From: Balanoglossus misakiensis
Lineage: Eukaryota > Animalia > Hemichordata
Direction: 5' to 3'
NCBI GenBank assembly: GCA_040954595.2
Contig: CM082584.2
Coordinates: forward strand, 4,282,110 to 4,346,109
Length of the DNA: 64,000 bases
Each line of letters opens with the position of its first letter. The stretch's first letter is position 1. Position numbers and translations under genes: made by a program. Under the pieces are notes generated by a model that saw only the letters and a program-made list of their open reading frames with translations, made no database searches and had not been told where the DNA came from. Below, one piece after another: positions 61,377-64,000 of this stretch.

Positions 61377-64000
61377 AAAATCGCAAACTTGGTAACGTCA
61401 CGCTTTCAAATAATTATGATACATACGATTCATCGACCACCCTATCTGTTTGATGAGCGATATTAATTGAGCACTGTGACATTTTCATGCTGACAAATCT
61501 CATTATGTATGGGAATGTGTAAATCGCAGCCGACATCCTCAATTATTATGTTCTACACCATATACACTCCCATTCATGGTTTGACATGGATGGTGCAATC
61601 CAGGCTGACAACAAAATGTTTTACCATATTTGAAAACGCTAGTGATAAACGTTTTAAAAAGACGTGCGTATATGACGATAGATTAACACTTTACCGGCGT
61701 TCGAGTGCGAAAGACTGGTCTTCCCGCGCCAAAATTACGCTGTGTCATGGACGGATCTGTTAATCAGGGAAAAAAACAATATTGACAACCTTGTATCTGC
61801 TAGTAATCGCTGGTACATACTGCAAGGATTTAATAAATATATAAGCCTATAATCAACATAATTTGGTTGAAATGTTAGTCTGTTTAGTTCCATTTTTATG
61901 GTTGATAATATTATCCAAATTCTAATTCTAACCTTGTTAAAATCGCCTCTATCATCATTTTCTGACTTCCGTTTTCATCGTGGGCTTTTGACACACACGG
62001 CGCAATGGATTCGAAAGAGGTACAAAACTTTACGTGGGAGAATGCAGAATCATAAATTTCGTAATATTGTACATGTGGCCAGTAAAATTTTACCATTCCT
62101 TATCGGACTCGACAGGTTTACGTTTATAGAGTAGCATAAATTTTTCAGCTCTATAGTTTTACAGCGCATGGAGCCTATTGTGTTTGATGAGGTCAATTTG
62201 GCTTGGTACCATTTGAAAGAAAACCGGGGGAGTAAATATCCATGATCTTATTTCACAAGGCAATCTACCTGTAGTGAATCCCCTCGGCTTGAACAAAGCT
62301 TGGCTTCCCTTTTCCTTATTCATCTTCATAGAGCAATTGTCAAAACTGGCCCTTCTTGAAAAGGCCATTTCTAGTAAACGACTATATTCGCAGATAGGGG
62401 CAACACCTCGGCTGCTATACTATGGCATTATTTATAAATCTATGAGTCACGTGCTTTACTACAAAAAGCCAGTTTTGTAATTTATTGCCTGAAAATGTTT
62501 CATCTTCAATACCAGATTTCACGCTAAGGTTATAAAAAGACTGGTACCAGACTAGTAACTATAATAATGCAAAACAATCGTTACTCAGTAGTGGCGTCTC
62601 ATTAATATATCATTTGTACTCCAAAGTCTCTGCCAAATCTAGAGTCAAAATATTGTATTCTGTACATACTTAACATTTTGCACAGATTGCAATAACATTC
62701 AAAAGCCTACTGTAACGTCTATCTAAATGTGAAAACTTGCCTTCATCAAAATCGGATTCGGGGCTTTCCCATCCAAATTCAGACTGTTGCTGCCATTGCT
62801 AAAATAAAATTAAAAATACATTAAATAAAAACCATTTGTACTAAGTGCCTACACGCATGTAGACCCAAACAAAATCGCAAACTTGCATGGTAACGTCACG
62901 CTTTCAAATAATTATGATACATAAGATTCATCGACCACCCTATCTGTTTGATGAGCGATATTAATTGAGCACTGTGACATTTTCATGCTGACAAATCTCA
63001 TTATGTATGGGAATGTGTAAATCGCAGCCGACATCCTCAATTATTATGTTCTACACCATATACACTCCCATTCATGGTTTGACATGGATGGTGCAATCCA
63101 GGCTGACAACAAAATGTTTTACCATATTTGAAAACGCTAGTGATAAACGTTTTAAAAAGACGTGCGTATATGACGATAGATTAACACTTTACCGGCGTTC
63201 GAGTGCGAAAGACTGGTCTTCCCGCGCCAAAATTACGCTGTGTCATGGACGGATCTATTAATCAGGAAAAAAAAACAATAATGACAACTTTGTATCTGCT
63301 AGTAATCGCTGGTACATACTGCAAGGATTTAATAAATATATAAGCCTATAATCAACAAAATTTGGTTGAAACGTTAGTCTGTTTAGTTCCATTTTTATGG
63401 TTGATAATATTATCCAAATTCTAATTCTAACCTTGTTAAAATCGCCTCTATCATCATTTTCTGACTTCCGTTTTCATCGTGGGCTTTTGACACACACGGC
63501 GCAATGGATTCGAAAGAGGTACAAAACTTTACGTGGGAGAATGCAGAATCATAAATTTCGTAATATTGTACATGTGGCCAGTAAAATTTTACCATTCCTT
63601 ATCGGACTCGACAGGTTTACGTTTATAGAGTAGCATAAATTTTTCAGCCCTATAGTTTTACAGCGCATGGAGCCTATTGTGTTTGATGAGGTCAATTTGG
63701 CTTGGTACCATTTGAAAGAAAACCGGGGGAGTAAATATCCATGATCTTATTTCACAAGGCAATCTACCTGTAGTGAATCCCCTCGGCTTGAACAAAGCTT
63801 GGCTTCCCTTTTCCTTATTCATCTTCATAGAGCAATTGTCAAAACTGGCCCTTCTTGAAAATGCCATTTCTAGTAAACGACTATATTCGCAGATAGGGGC
63901 AACACCTCGGCTGCTATACTATGGCATTATTTATAAATCTATGAGTCACGTGCTTTACTACAAAAAGCCAGTTTTGTAATTTATTGCCTGAAAATGTTTC
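61377..64000. repeat. ~1.5 kb tandem duplication (61377-62870 / 62871-64000+) with older diverged relatives at ~58020-58540, ~59980-60590 and ~61020-61370
   Basis: Near-identical ORF-track translations offset by ~1498 bp; shared sequence blocks upstream. Confidence 0.9.

Overview
AT-rich animal genomic DNA (spliceosomal introns; the repeat content suggests a marine invertebrate, which is inference) dominated by transposable elements. From left to right: (1) the 3' part of a Ngaro/DIRS tyrosine-recombinase retrotransposon with split direct repeats. (2) A head-to-head gene pair: a US22/SUKH-like gene (5655-6425, -) and a three-exon gene (8195-10977, +) encoding a circularly permuted Zn-deaminase-like protein (PPCxxC before GxCAE). 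Only its catalytic last exon is tandemly duplicated downstream (14493-15041). The pair resembles an animal version of a bacterial deaminase-toxin/SUKH-immunity module and is the main finding. (3) A five-level nest of TEs (TIR element > MITE > Tx1/L1 LINE > chromodomain Gypsy > Harbinger MITE). (4) Seven 3' coding exons of a ZFYVE9/ZFYVE16 (SARA/endofin) gene, whose introns hold an IS3EU-like element with a HECT remnant and a Penelope fragment with a hammerhead ribozyme. (5) A CR1-type LINE fragment, microsatellites, and ~1.5 kb tandem units with conserved intron-like blocks around variable short exon-like blocks. Protein family calls come from motif recognition by eye, not database searches.
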